DNA from: Phoronis australis | Lineage: Eukaryota; Animalia; Phoronida | Assembly (NCBI GenBank): GCA_002633005.1 | Contig: NMRA01000168.1 | Coordinates: 623,129-687,128, forward strand | Direction: 5' to 3' | DNA: 64,000 bases | Shown: in pieces, positions 30,601 through 40,386 of the stretch | Layout of the letters: each line of letters begins with the position of its first letter | How positions within the stretch are numbered: position 1 is the stretch's first letter | Translations under genes and position numbers: made by a program | Notes under the pieces: generated by a model | Seen by the model: the letters and a program-made list of their open reading frames with translations, nothing else | Databases searched by the model: none | What the model was told of the DNA's origin: nothing

Positions 30601-33600
30601 ATTTTAGGAAATATTTCAGTGCAACTTGGATGGGATTCCAAGATCCACAGTCAGGAATCGGTCGCTATGAGTGGTGCATTGGTACCAGTGTTGGACAGTG
30701 TGATGTCCAATCATTCCGTGACTGTCATCATTCCAATGTTCAAGTTAGGGTTGACATGGACCTTCCTCTTGCGACGCCTATATTCGCAACAGTTCGAGCT
30801 TTTAACAAAGCAGGTCTCGCGACCACGAAGTCGTCGGCGCCAATTCAAGTGGACAACACGCCACCTAGTGTTGCCACCGTTCCAGTGTTCCGCAAACGTG
30901 GCATGATCTCGCTATTTGAGGGAAATCAGTTTGAAACAAATGCACTTCACATGGCCTGGAAGTTCCACGACCCAGAGAGCGGTTTGGCAAAACACGTAGT
31001 CAATGTGTTCTCCCATCACAATGGTTTTAATCCCGTGTCAAACCTTGAGATTGGAAACGAAAATTCCCTGTCAGTCAGTTTATCTAAAAACCACAGTTTG
31101 TCAGATGGCGACAGGTACTACGTCTCTGTCACGGCATGCAATTATGCTGGTCTCTGTACTGTTGCGAACTCGACAGGGGGAGTTCTCGTTGATTCTTCTC
31201 CCCCTCATTTGGGTGGTTTTGATTCACTTAAATGGACTGAAGAAGCGGGACGTACGACACTCAATTTGACTTGGTCTGGATTTGTTGATCCTCATTCTGG
31301 CATAAAGCAATACATACTCACAGTCGGTTCCAGATACAGCTCTCAAGAGCTGAGCAATGGATTTGTAACTGCTTCTCACAATTTATCATCGAAATATCAA
31401 CAAACGACTATAACACTGAGCAAAAGGACTACACCAGGTCATGAATTTTTTATCTCCATCGTGGCTGAAAATAACGTGGGTTTACGTAGTTCCATCCTCA
31501 AACACCGCGTTGCAGTTGTTCGTACAGCAAGTCAGAATCATTCATCTGGACTGCTCGTCGTTGAAAAGCATTCATGTGATGCATCTTTCTGTAACAAGGA
31601 CTGTGCGTGTGCGCCTTTTGGAAAGAAATGCGAGACACTCCCTTATTCAGCTTGCAAAAACTCGACAAAGTCGGACGTCACCGTTCATGTTACGATTGGG
31701 ATTACATCTCCCCTGAACATTTCTTCCAATCAAAAGTGTTTATCTGCCTACTGGGTGTCAAGTAGTGACGTCTTAAGATACGAATATTCATTAGGTAAAG
31801 CAAACTCCAGAACGGTGGGTTCAGGTGTTTTTGGCCCAGATCAAGTAGTATGGCGAAACATAGACTTGTGGACTAATACGACATTCTGCCTACCGAGAAC
31901 CAAGTATTTCCAAGGCAACCAGAAGTATGTGTTCTACATACGCGCATGGTACGCAAATGATGCTTACTCCGAGTTTAGGTCTAACGAGATCTCAGTAGAC
32001 ATTACACCTCCCAATCAAAATCGAGGGCGCCACATCATTGATTGTCTGGACGAAGGCTCGTGCTCACGCGACATTGATTTCTCTTCAAACATGAATGAGC
32101 TTAGTGCAAAGTGGGACAGGCTATTTAGAGACGTAACTGGTGACATCGAGTCTTATGAAGTCATGATGGGTACTTTTCCTGGCGGTAAGTCTTAAAGATT
32201 CTCTTTTTGTTCCACTTTTGTTTATCGTGAGTTAATCGAATGAAGCTTCAACCCAAATAATCGTCTCGCAACGCAAATTCAAATATTTTCAAAAATTAAT
32301 TGAGATTAATCATATCAATTTTTAGTTCAATGTTTATTTTTGGTGCTGCAACACCTGCTAAAATGGTGGGTGTAGTGAGTGACAGTGCATTATGGGTACT
32401 TACTCGACTGCGTCATATGTGATCAGTTTTCTGAGGAAACCCCGCCCACCTTAAAAAAAACTTTTGAATTATAAGTGAAATAAGGCAAACATACACTGGG
32501 CTAAAAGTTATGAAATATTTATATATTGGTAATATGTTTCGTCTGCCAAAACTCACACCGTGTTTTAAATTCGTAGATGTCACTAAAAAGGTGTTGTTTT
32601 ACGCACTTGATGATAATGATATTAATCATTTATAAGTGTATGGTATTCGATGATGCCGAGTGGTTAAATTAAAAGTTCTATCCACTGGTGGCTTGAAATA
32701 ATTTGTACTGCGGTATTGAAGCGTGCAGTCAAGAAATGAGGAATCGTTCAACCTCGACAAAAGTAACCCTAAAAAAACAAAAATATGAGTTTGAAATAAA
32801 TTCTTTTAGCATAAATGTGGAGCAAGTATTTGTGGTTAAAGTACAAGCATTATCTAATTGATTCCTTCAAATCGTGCGGCAATAACAAAACCATATCACG
32901 TTCTGATTTCTTTCAACAGACGATTCTATCATGCCCAAAATGAGGACAACCCGGACATCGTTCTCTGCCACTGCTCTGAAACTCAAAAGGGGCGAGAAGT
33001 ATTTTACGACTGTTAAGGCAATAAACAAAGTCGGGCTATACACAATTTCTACGTCGGATGGAGTGGTTATCGACAATGAACCTGCCACCTGTGGGATTGT
33101 TTTCAACACAAATCAATTCTCAAGTAAATATTCGAGCTCGAACACGTCTTGCATTGGCGCATCTTGGAATGGATTTGATGATCTACACTCGCACATAAGA
33201 CGATATATTGTGTCGGTCGGAACTCATCGTAACAGACATATTGTTCTAAAGCCACAGTATGTTGGGATTCAAAACACGGTTGAGCTGTGTCATTTGAATT
33301 TAAATCACAACATGGCGTACAACGTCCATGTAAAAGCAGAAGATGCAGCTGGTCATGTGTCTGAAGACGTCCAATCAGATTCGCTACTTATTGACACAAC
33401 GCCTCCAGAAGGTTTCAAGTGTGAGGCATGGTCTGAGGACAGTGCACACATTACTTCCATAAATAAGGCGGACAAAATGAAGACCTCTAAATATAGGCTG
33501 ATCCTTGACGCTCATGAAACGTATGAGCTCATTTTCACATCAAACAAAACTAACGTTCAAGCATTCATGTTATTCTTAGATTCGCGAAAAGAACTATACT

Positions 33601-36600
33601 TTACCGAAAGGTCCGTAGCAAGCTTCAGGTTTTATGTCGAAAACACTGCCGTGTACGAATTGGTTTTGTCAATAGAAGGAGATACAACGTCAATTTCTAT
33701 ATCGTTACGGAAGTGTACAAAAGAGAGTAAAGATAGTAGCAGTGTGTCCCTTCGGCAGTTAAGTCCCTTTATTGTTGAGCTCACTTTAGAAATTAAAGAT
33801 CGTGGAAGTGGGATCCACAAGCATCTTGTCGGCATTGGCACGACCTCTGGTGGTTTTCAGGTTGTCGCTCTTCATAACATCGGCAGACAACAGCACGTGA
33901 CTTACGATGTTTTCCTACCCCACGGTTCACCTTTGTACGCAACAGTTATTTCAGAAAATAATGCTGGTGTCAGGTCGTATTTTCAATCAGAGAAAACTGT
34001 ACTTGACCACTCACCGCCTGCAATATCAAACATTACCATCGAGGTTGTTCCATCACGTGTGAATAACACCGTTTCCATACTAACATCATGGGCAGCACAG
34101 GACAGCGAGAGTAACATTAAAGAATGCACCGTCGAGCTGGGTTTGTAGTACATGTAGTTTGACATTAAAAGTGTTAAAGATGTTTTCGTTAAATTAGGTA
34201 CGTGAGGCACTAAAATAGTCTAATGTGTTAAAGGTGGTACAAAAAAGCATTCCATCAAAAACACGACTTTTGATTAGACTACTTACCGATATAGTCTGTA
34301 ACGGTATGTTATTTACTTATATGAAAAGTGGTATCTGACCATTTCCAAATCCCCAGAAACCACGTGTTTTCTAAGTGATTGGCAGGTATAAGTGGTCTCA
34401 ATCAAAAGTTAAATGTTGAGACCAAGGCAGCTTTATAGCAGCTTTGAAAACTTGGAAGCTGCTCAAAGACAGGGGTGTCTACAGGATGAATAGAACTAGA
34501 AAGTTTCACCATCAATGTTTGTCATGGCAAGAATTTTGATTTCACGGGCAAAGCCTTCGATCGTGTTCCAAACAATAGGTCACTTAGGCACTACTGGACC
34601 GTTAGGTATTTGCCCAACTTTCATCAAAGTTTTTATACGATTTCATCGAATTGGAAACGCATCGAACAGACCTTTGAGTTCGAATGATAAGTATTTTACC
34701 GAAATTTAATTAAGTTGCAATAAAATTCTTACATATAAACTTATAACTTCAAAAAGTACCTAAAAGTTAAGCTTCGGTCACTTAAAGTAGATACATATAC
34801 GAATGAAATAGGTTACCCACATCAAGTCGTTCGTAACCACAGGCGGATCTAGGAGAAACCTAAACACCACGAACAAGACGCTGCTGCCATACCGGTTTCA
34901 GGTCTGACGTGTACATTTTTCACTTTGAAAATCGTGGTTGTCCTCCACTTGCAGAATTCACAACAGATCCTTCACCACGTACTGCAATCCAGAATTTAAA
35001 ATAAAGATAAACATAACGCAGCTCGTTCGAGTTTCCTGCTAGGAAGGCTACTTGTTATAACATCAAAATGGCGCTGCATCCCCGTTTCAATTTCATTTGT
35101 ATGTAGAGATTTGTTCCAGAAGACTTACATGTAAGTGACCCTCACAATTGAATACAAGGGCATTACATCTAAGCACCACATGTAATGCGAATAGACCTGT
35201 GGTCGAATGATGCATGAATAAAGCTTTCATTTCCGCTTACAAAAAGAATGGCTTTCCTTGCCATACGGCATAACGTCCTCAATCAATCTTTTGAAACGCA
35301 GTTTTGATTGTTTCACATGTCTGTCATAAACAGTCTATAAACAATGATTTTTCAGGATATACGTCGAATACAGGTAACATCAAGTCTCGTATACCCGTTG
35401 TTTCAACGTCACCAAACTGTTATACTGCGACAGCTACACCATCACTCGCACACGGCCAGAGTGTATACGCGACAATTTTGTGCTCCAACAATGCTGAATT
35501 ATCCACTACGTCTGTGATTGGGCCGCGGACTGTCGTCAGTAACTCTCCAGCAACTTCGACAGCAACAGTCAACTTCCTGCTACCTCGAACCGGCATGTAT
35601 GAAAGACACGAAGTGGCATTAACTGATCCTTCCCTGGTGTATGTCATCTGGTCTGGATTTCACGACTTTGACAATAAACTGTCTTATGAAATTCGCCTCC
35701 TTAAAAACAATGAATTGTTTGTAGACTGGCGAGATGCAGGCCATCAAACAAATGCTAGGTTCGCCAATTTGACTGTGAACAACGGTGATTGCTTGACGGC
35801 AGAAGTCCTGGCTGTTAACTCTGGAGGGTTTTCTAGCGACCTTGTAAGGGGGAAACTGTGTGTGGATAAACGTGCACCAAGAGTTACAGGTAGGTGAAGT
35901 ATGATTTTGATTTAATGTGTAACATTTTACAACTAGAAAGGTGGGCTACATGTATGTGGCATCAGTGGTATATTCTATGATACGATTATGGGGACGCTTA
36001 GCATAAAGAAGAACCTAAGCCTATTTCTGACTACTGTCAATTTGTAAAGTAGCACAATGGTACAACCGCTACATATCGTGCAATTTAGAACAATATAGTG
36101 AAAATACTAGGAGGCTTTGACAGTTATTTTAAGAGGTTGTGAGAAGTTCCCGCGTCTCTCGTCAACGACACGTCTGTAGTGCTAGATTTTTAGACAAATG
36201 GACGCTGAAAGTTGCTTCACCTGTTTCATAAGTTAAAAATAGTACTGTCAATTAGATATACATAACCGTTTTCCCTTTTATGTTTCTTTATTTCCGATAC
36301 CTGAACAAAAGCCCTTAATATTTGCAAACCTAAGCTGACCAAGATGTATCACTTTTGAAGACATTGGACTTGGAATCATAACACGTTGGTTGCAACATTG
36401 GGATGGCGTTGTATAATCCGAGCGTAGCTAGGTAAAGGCTCGGATATCATTTCGAAAATTGAATCGAAATGCATTTAAACCACATGTCTGGCCTATTGTA
36501 GGAATTAAACCAGATATGCGAAAAATCGATGACACTGTGGTTATCAACTGGAAGAACTGCTTTGACCAAGAAGTTACACTTTGGTATGAGGTCTGCCTAG

Positions 36601-36773
36601 GTCTCTCACAAGGCGCTTGTGACTTGCTGCAAACAACTGAAACTAAAGAATCTTCCATCTCTTTGAAGTCTAGAGACATTGTTGCGAATATTAGTCGAGA
36701 AATATTTGGAGTGGTTACAGCTGTGAAACCGTCAGGGGTTTACTACAAAATGAGCTTTTCTGTTGTCATTTAG
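470..36773 (+). CDS. Giant EGF plus FN3/Ig-like repeat extracellular protein, spliced gene (19 exons visible, about 3336 aa, 5' incomplete)
   Basis: Exons 470-623, 3443-3580, 7762-7863, 10961-11086, 12301-12423, 13166-13438, 14490-14634, 19814-20972, 21828-23010, 24610-26042, 26133-26832, 27479-27595, 28025-28335, 28969-29224, 30148-30334, 30608-32184, 32920-34140, 35356-35889, 36502-36773. All have AG/GT boundaries with matching phases; the total of 10011 nt is divisible by 3 and ends in TAG. Recurrent motif DxTPPxxGxV..WxGFxDxxSGIxxY..G..YYVxVxAxNxAGL. Confidence 0.88.
970..2620. mobile_element. Foldback / long-TIR non-autonomous element (arms about 600 bp) in an intron
   Basis: About 970-1578 is the diverged reverse complement of about 1765-2620, e.g. 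gggcaaggtgagtgtcgg vs ccgacactcaccttgccc; ends approximate. Confidence 0.75.
2140..2376. mobile_element. PIF/Harbinger-like MITE nested in the foldback arm
   Basis: TIR GGGCCTGTTCCAAGAAACTGACTTAA / TTAAGTCAGTTTTGTTGGAACTGGCCC; 3-bp flanks CAG/CAA; absent from the opposite arm. Confidence 0.75.
3443..3580 (+). CDS. Exon: calcium-binding EGF-like domain
   Basis: DINECTRGTHRCSRPGGVCTNTPGSYTCSC...YSGNGYSCK; phase 1-1; tttag / gttagt. Confidence 0.92.
4390..4550 (+). repeat. Dispersed repeat with AAATGTAACA subrepeats (copy 1)
   Basis: Matches 37826-37990 directly and about 6250-6432 inverted. Confidence 0.7.
5347..5800 (+). repeat. Dispersed repeat including a GGGCCTGTTCCAC..GTGGAACGAGCCC MITE (5347-5521)
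   Basis: Diverged inverted copy at about 39900-40363 (gtaggcctactctg, acacgagacaaaaa, acataaaattgttgc blocks). Confidence 0.7.
5913..6432 (-). repeat. Composite repeat: CCCGG-ended element plus AAATGTAACA-subrepeat element
   Basis: Reverse complement is similar to 37826-38300. Confidence 0.65.
6771..7065. mobile_element. Degenerate Harbinger-like MITE
   Basis: Imperfect TIR ccaggtgtccttttcaag / catgaaacggactccagg; internal ttaagtcagaaatt motif shared with 2140-2376. Confidence 0.5.
7762..7863 (+). CDS. Exon: EGF-like domain
   Basis: PKCFGSTNCPNGGNCVRPDYCRNCRSGYYSPRCK; ttccag / gtaagt; phase 1-1. Confidence 0.9.
8950..9240 (+). mobile_element. tRNA-derived SINE
   Basis: A box TGGTGTAGTGG 8956-8966, B box GGTTCGACTCC 8999-9009, non-tRNA body follows; 3' end approximate. 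Confidence 0.6.
10961..11086 (+). CDS. Exon: Cys-rich module
   Basis: RCPLQRIPNCRYMTCSEGPSNLRCTKCHYHGTAYSLVNNRCA; ctgcag / gtaagc; phase 1-1. Confidence 0.88.
11463..11670. mobile_element. AT-rich palindromic MITE with TAG..CTA termini
   Basis: taggcaatcagaaggcag vs reverse complement tagtcaatcagaagacag. Confidence 0.55.
11875..12197. mobile_element. Palindromic MITE with internal GCGTAAAGTAATTATTT subrepeats
   Basis: Left gaacgttacgcacgtaaattac pairs with right gtaatttagatacgtaacgttc; subrepeats switch orientation at the centre. Confidence 0.65.
12301..12423 (+). CDS. Exon: EGF-like module
   Basis: PKCSWMTNRWCWPGTCGSDGLTSSCKCSTGFSRVAGTSKCE; ttgaag / gtgagt; phase 1-1. Confidence 0.88.
13166..13438 (+). 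CDS. Exon of giant gene
   Basis: ttacag acceptor, in frame with ORF 13210..13443, G|gttaga donor. Confidence 0.8.
14490..14634 (+). CDS. Exon of giant gene
   Basis: ttcag acceptor, GSPVHKGVRRQLDRNHC...QNGYK, AA|gtaaga donor (phase 2) matches the next exon. Confidence 0.8.
14950..16480 (+). mobile_element. Highly decayed non-LTR retrotransposon (RTE/L2-like RT remnant)
   Basis: Scattered RT-like motifs AWHNSVVVCLL (15068-15100) and GVRQG (15633-15647), with many stops; boundaries approximate. Confidence 0.4.
18862..19137 (+). mobile_element. MITE with CATAGACGGA..TCTGCCACTG termini and 5-bp TSD (short copy)
   Basis: TSD CGTGT at 18857-18861 and 19138-19142; same family as 58384-59373. Confidence 0.75.
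19814..20972 (+). CDS. Large exon, start of beta-sandwich repeat region
   Basis: Covers the 379-aa ORF; taaag acceptor, TCT|gtaagt donor; DSTPP and DAHSGL motifs. Confidence 0.9.
21828..23010 (+). CDS. Large exon, FN3-like repeats
   Basis: ttctag / gtacgt; DASPPTTGVARDG...WDGFYDHESGVSYY; extends ORF 22107 upstream in frame. Confidence 0.9.
24610..26042 (+). CDS. Large exon, FN3-like repeats
   Basis: ttgcag / gtgagt; includes the 432-aa ORF; VFNKAGL and WAGF motifs. Confidence 0.9.
26133..26832 (+). CDS. Exon, FN3-like repeats
   Basis: ttttag / gtgcgt after a 90-nt intron; CSNGFIVDTNSPIPGEV. Confidence 0.88.
27479..27595 (+). CDS. Exon, FN3-like repeat half
   Basis: GTSAGVDNVV...LTLVDGQEYFVNVQ; ctttag / gtaagt; not in the ORF track. 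Confidence 0.88.
28025..28335 (+). CDS. Exon, FN3-like repeat
   Basis: DTTPPSKGVV...WQDFEDAQSGIKRYEFAIG; ttttag / gtaagt. Confidence 0.9.
28969..29224 (+). CDS. Exon, FN3-like repeat
   Basis: AINGAGL...DSSPPSSGLVRD...WDGFHDPHS; ccatag / gtgagt. Confidence 0.9.
29310..29855. mobile_element. Degenerate palindromic element with subterminal tandem repeats
   Basis: actacccggaatgttcactactccaaagg at left vs ccttcggactagtaattcatccggatagt at right. Confidence 0.45.
30148..30334 (+). CDS. Exon, FN3-like repeat
   Basis: ACNSVGLC...SDGITIDPTPPLSGIV; tttcag / gtacac. Confidence 0.88.
30608..32184 (+). CDS. Large exon, several FN3-like repeats plus a Cys-rich insert
   Basis: Covers the 521-aa ORF; ttttag / gtaagt. 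Confidence 0.92.
32920..34140 (+). CDS. Large exon, FN3-like repeats
   Basis: Covers the 405-aa ORF; caacag / gtttgt. Confidence 0.9.
35356..35889 (+). CDS. Exon, FN3-like repeats
   Basis: tttcag / gtaggt; CSNNAEL, WSGFHD, AVNSGG motifs. Confidence 0.88.
36502..36773 (+). CDS. Terminal exon, last FN3-like repeat and stop
   Basis: ttgtag acceptor in the correct phase; GIKPDMRK...YKMSFSVVI then TAG; no hydrophobic TM segment. Confidence 0.8.
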
Positions 36774-37418
36774 CATACCATTGACGAGAGTTTGATTTGT
36801 ATATGATGGAGAACTTTGTCGGAATTGTATGTTTCAAATTTTTGCTCCGTGTTACACCTGTCAAAGCTGCTACCACACGTTTACCGGCATCGTTTAACAT
36901 ATTGCAGTCCTTACCTTAAATGCATCATTTTTCTCGAGTCCCGGTCTGGGTCAATAGGGGCGTGCAGACCACATTTATAGCTGTTTTTAATTTCTCAATA
37001 TATTTTCAAATTATTTCAAATTTCATATCAGTTATATATGCTTCCTCAAAGCAGGATACAAGTCATTGCTTTGCTGACTCAAAAACGTGCTCTTCATTAT
37101 GAGATGTCTATCTTTTGATTTCGTGAGTTTTTGCTTGTATAACTTTAGATTTATCAGACCTTGAAATTCCTACAGGGAGCTATCTCCCAGTGTGGCATTC
37201 GCAGTTTTTGAGTGTGTCGTTTTATTTAGATAAATTTAATAACAGTGTGAAACCCCATAAAATCGTTCGCGAGGTCAGTATTCGTTAAGTTCTAGTTGAG
37301 ATAAAGACCCCATGTACCATACTCGTCAAGCAATAAACAATGTGCATTGATCGTGACATAATTTGCAGGTAGAGGAAAATTCATGTGCTCATTTAGAGGT
37401 GCGGATTACAACTTGTTA

Positions 37419-37424
37419 AATAAA
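37419..37424 (+). terminator. Candidate polyadenylation signal AATAAA for the giant gene
   Basis: AATAAA about 650 nt after the stop, with a GT-rich tract about 25 nt downstream; an alternative AATAAA lies at 37332. Confidence 0.4.
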
Positions 37425-37825
37425 TATGCTTTTGAGTACAATGTGATATGGTGTTTTGTTTATCATCTGCAAACATCAATTGCGCTTACCTTGGACCAGG
37501 TTCCACGAATTGCCACAAAATTGAACAGTTGTGCATGACAATTTGCGACTTACATGTATCTTCGAATGGCTGGTGCTTGAAAAAGGTCTACTTATCGACA
37601 TAAAAACGGCACGTTGTGGAAACGAAAGTTAAAAAGGATGAAAAACGTTTGCGTTCAGCTTCCTGGTGGCTACTAACGATTTTTAAAGAGCGAAAATTCA
37701 CGATCAGGAGGAGCACTCTAGAAACAATTCTGAACGAACTGGACGGTGTCAACAGCATTGATAATTTGCCTGGTCAGCAACAACATATATAACAAGAGCA
37801 ACGCCGAATATTGAAAGGCGCTGAA

Positions 37826-38300
37826 ACGCCGTAAAATGTAACAATTTCATAAAATGTAACAACTGTTACAGTTTACGTCATGGTTATAATTTACATTGTT
37901 AAGCCTCTCCTAAAGCGTAACAAGTTGTTACAATTTACGTTGTAGTTACATTTTACGTCGAATGCACATGCGATAAATGTATCATTGCTACATTCTACGA
38001 AACCCACGTTATGATGCAAAGAAAATGACCACAATCACGAACAAGTGGTTTCTGATACGGCCGGGGACACTAGAGTATTTTTGGAAGAGGGGCGTTACCC
38101 GAAAGAAATGAATATCTACCGACTTAGAGAGTGGGCTCGGACAAATAAGAGACCAATTTAGAGACTAATTTGTGTAAAAATTCACATTTTCGCTCACTTC
38201 TGTTCCAGAAATTCAGGAAAGGCACCTGGCATTATTGAGACTGTTTTTCTGTGAATGAACACCCTTTTGGAATGCATGTTTCGTATACTCGAAGACCCAA
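37826..38300 (+). repeat. Dispersed composite repeat (copy of 4390-4550 and inverted 5913-6432)
   Basis: acgccgtaaaatgtaacaatttc start identical to 4390. Confidence 0.7.
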
Positions 38301-39899
38301 AAATTGTCCGCCTAAGCAAAAAACCGGCTTGTTATCGTACTCACCCAATTATTCCACTTCAAAGTTATCCTCTGAATAGGATTTGATTTAACTCTCACCC
38401 CCAAGTATATATTATTCGTGGATTCATTTTTTTGTTGATACCGAGTTGTTTCAACTGTGCATTGCTTTTCGGCAGCCATAATGATCCCTGTTGCCGTCAT
38501 ATACTACCGCCTTTTGAAATAACAGAAAATCACACAGACAATGGCCAATAAAATAGTGGAAAGTGGTTTTTACAAGAATTCTAGATCAGCCACAAACTGT
38601 TTTACTGGTATGATATCGATTAAAATTGATTCAGATTTTCAATTCTGCAAAAATAAATCAGGATGTTTTTATTCCATATAGACCTTACTTATTTTCTATT
38701 TGTGACGTATTTATTTGACTTTTTGCTGTTGCTGTTCTCAATACCACTTATCTCTGCGGTCTTTCTTTTTCTTTTCAGTTTTTCTTCATTCTCTGTTAAC
38801 ACCTTGTCAGCCAAAACAGAACTGTAACCCTTTGAGACTTGGTTGGCGGAAGTTGATCATTAAACCTCGATGTAGTTGTTCTAGTATATTACCATGTATC
38901 ATATTTTTTGATTTTTTTCCGATCTTTAACAGACTTCTGCAATCATAAATAAATAAATGAAAACCCAAGATGCATTTGCAATTTATTGCTCAATCACTTC
39001 TTTTATTTTTAATTATGCCATGCTGTTTTGTATGTAACAATGCAATATAATAAAATAAAGTCAGAAGTTTTACTTCATTAGTAGCCACTCTGTATCATTT
39101 CAAGTATTTTAATTTACTTAAAATAAGCCCAAAACGCCTGAACTAAAGATTTCAACATAAATGTTGAGCTCAGTAGTGTGTTTTGCAATAAAAAACAAGT
39201 GGACAATATTTTGATAACCAATGCGTGGGCCGATACTGTTAAGCACCCAGCTTGTTGCATTTGTCTGCTGCGTTTTTCCTTTGGCCTAACAGGTGTCAAT
39301 TTGTCCATGGGGACAAATACTTGTAGATACATTGCATAAACAATCCCTGTTCCCTCTGAAGAAAATTTAGTTTCGAAAATGTCTTCTGGAAATGAACAAA
39401 AAAGTGCATTAATAAAATCTACAGGTTTTTAAGTGGCTTCAAAAACAGTCGGTAAATGCACCGATTTTCATCTCAGTTCTTCGATGCGGGTTTCTCTAGA
39501 GAGGTTAGTACTCCAGATTGGAAAGCTAAGTCCCGCGTGGATGCGCTGCACGCGAAATAAGATGGCGGATGACCACTGGAGCCTGACAACGATAGGTATC
39601 CGGACTACCTCTAATATAGGAATGCCCTCCAGGCTAACACGACATGAATTTGGCTACCTATTATCACTTGCATTAGTATTTCGTTACTACTACTACTATT
39701 ACTGTATTACTAATATCACTTCTATTACTTGTTATCATTTTCGCTATCGTTATGATTATTATTATTTTTAAATTTATTTAAAGTGGACACAATACATGCT
39801 TAGCAAAATGCTAATACACCATGGTCCTCGAAGATTTTAAAATCATCTAATTTATGGTTCAATGTTTTCATCGGGCTTTCCACAGTGGACAGCGATTGC

Positions 39900-40363
39900 T
39901 GTTCCAAAAGAGTTTTAAAGGGATTCCCATGTTCAGGAACGTCTTGACAGCTGTGGACGCAGAGTAGGCCTACTTTTTGTTAACCAGGCGGTTGAGATTT
40001 AAAATCTTGTTTAGACGTGCACCAACTTCAAAAATTGATTATTTCTGAATCATCGACAAGCACTGTACTGTTTTTAATTAAAGTTATATCCATCTGTAGA
40101 TGGCCACGAATATCTAAATTCAGACCGCAATATTTTACTCGCGACTTCCATCTAAACGAAACGTGAGGATACTCAACATTTAATCATTTTTGTCTCGTGT
40201 TGAAAACAATCTTTTTCAAAGAACTGGGGATTGTTCCACGATGATGTGTTATTTCAAAAATTGCGTTAAATTGAATTCTGGAGGCAGACATTTTTTTAGA
40301 ACTAACGACTAGTCGGCTGGTAACGGACATACAAAACAGGCAACAATTTTATGTGGAATGGGT
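39900..40363 (-). repeat. Inverted diverged copy of 5347-5800
   Basis: Shared blocks as listed for 5347-5800. Confidence 0.7.
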
Positions 40364-40386
40364 CATAATTTATACAAAATCATTCC

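Noticed and set aside
36432-36478. Alternative acceptor for the terminal exon (gctag|gt)
   Set aside because: No polypyrimidine tract, and it hits TAA after about 15 codons; 36502 preserves the repeat-like frame
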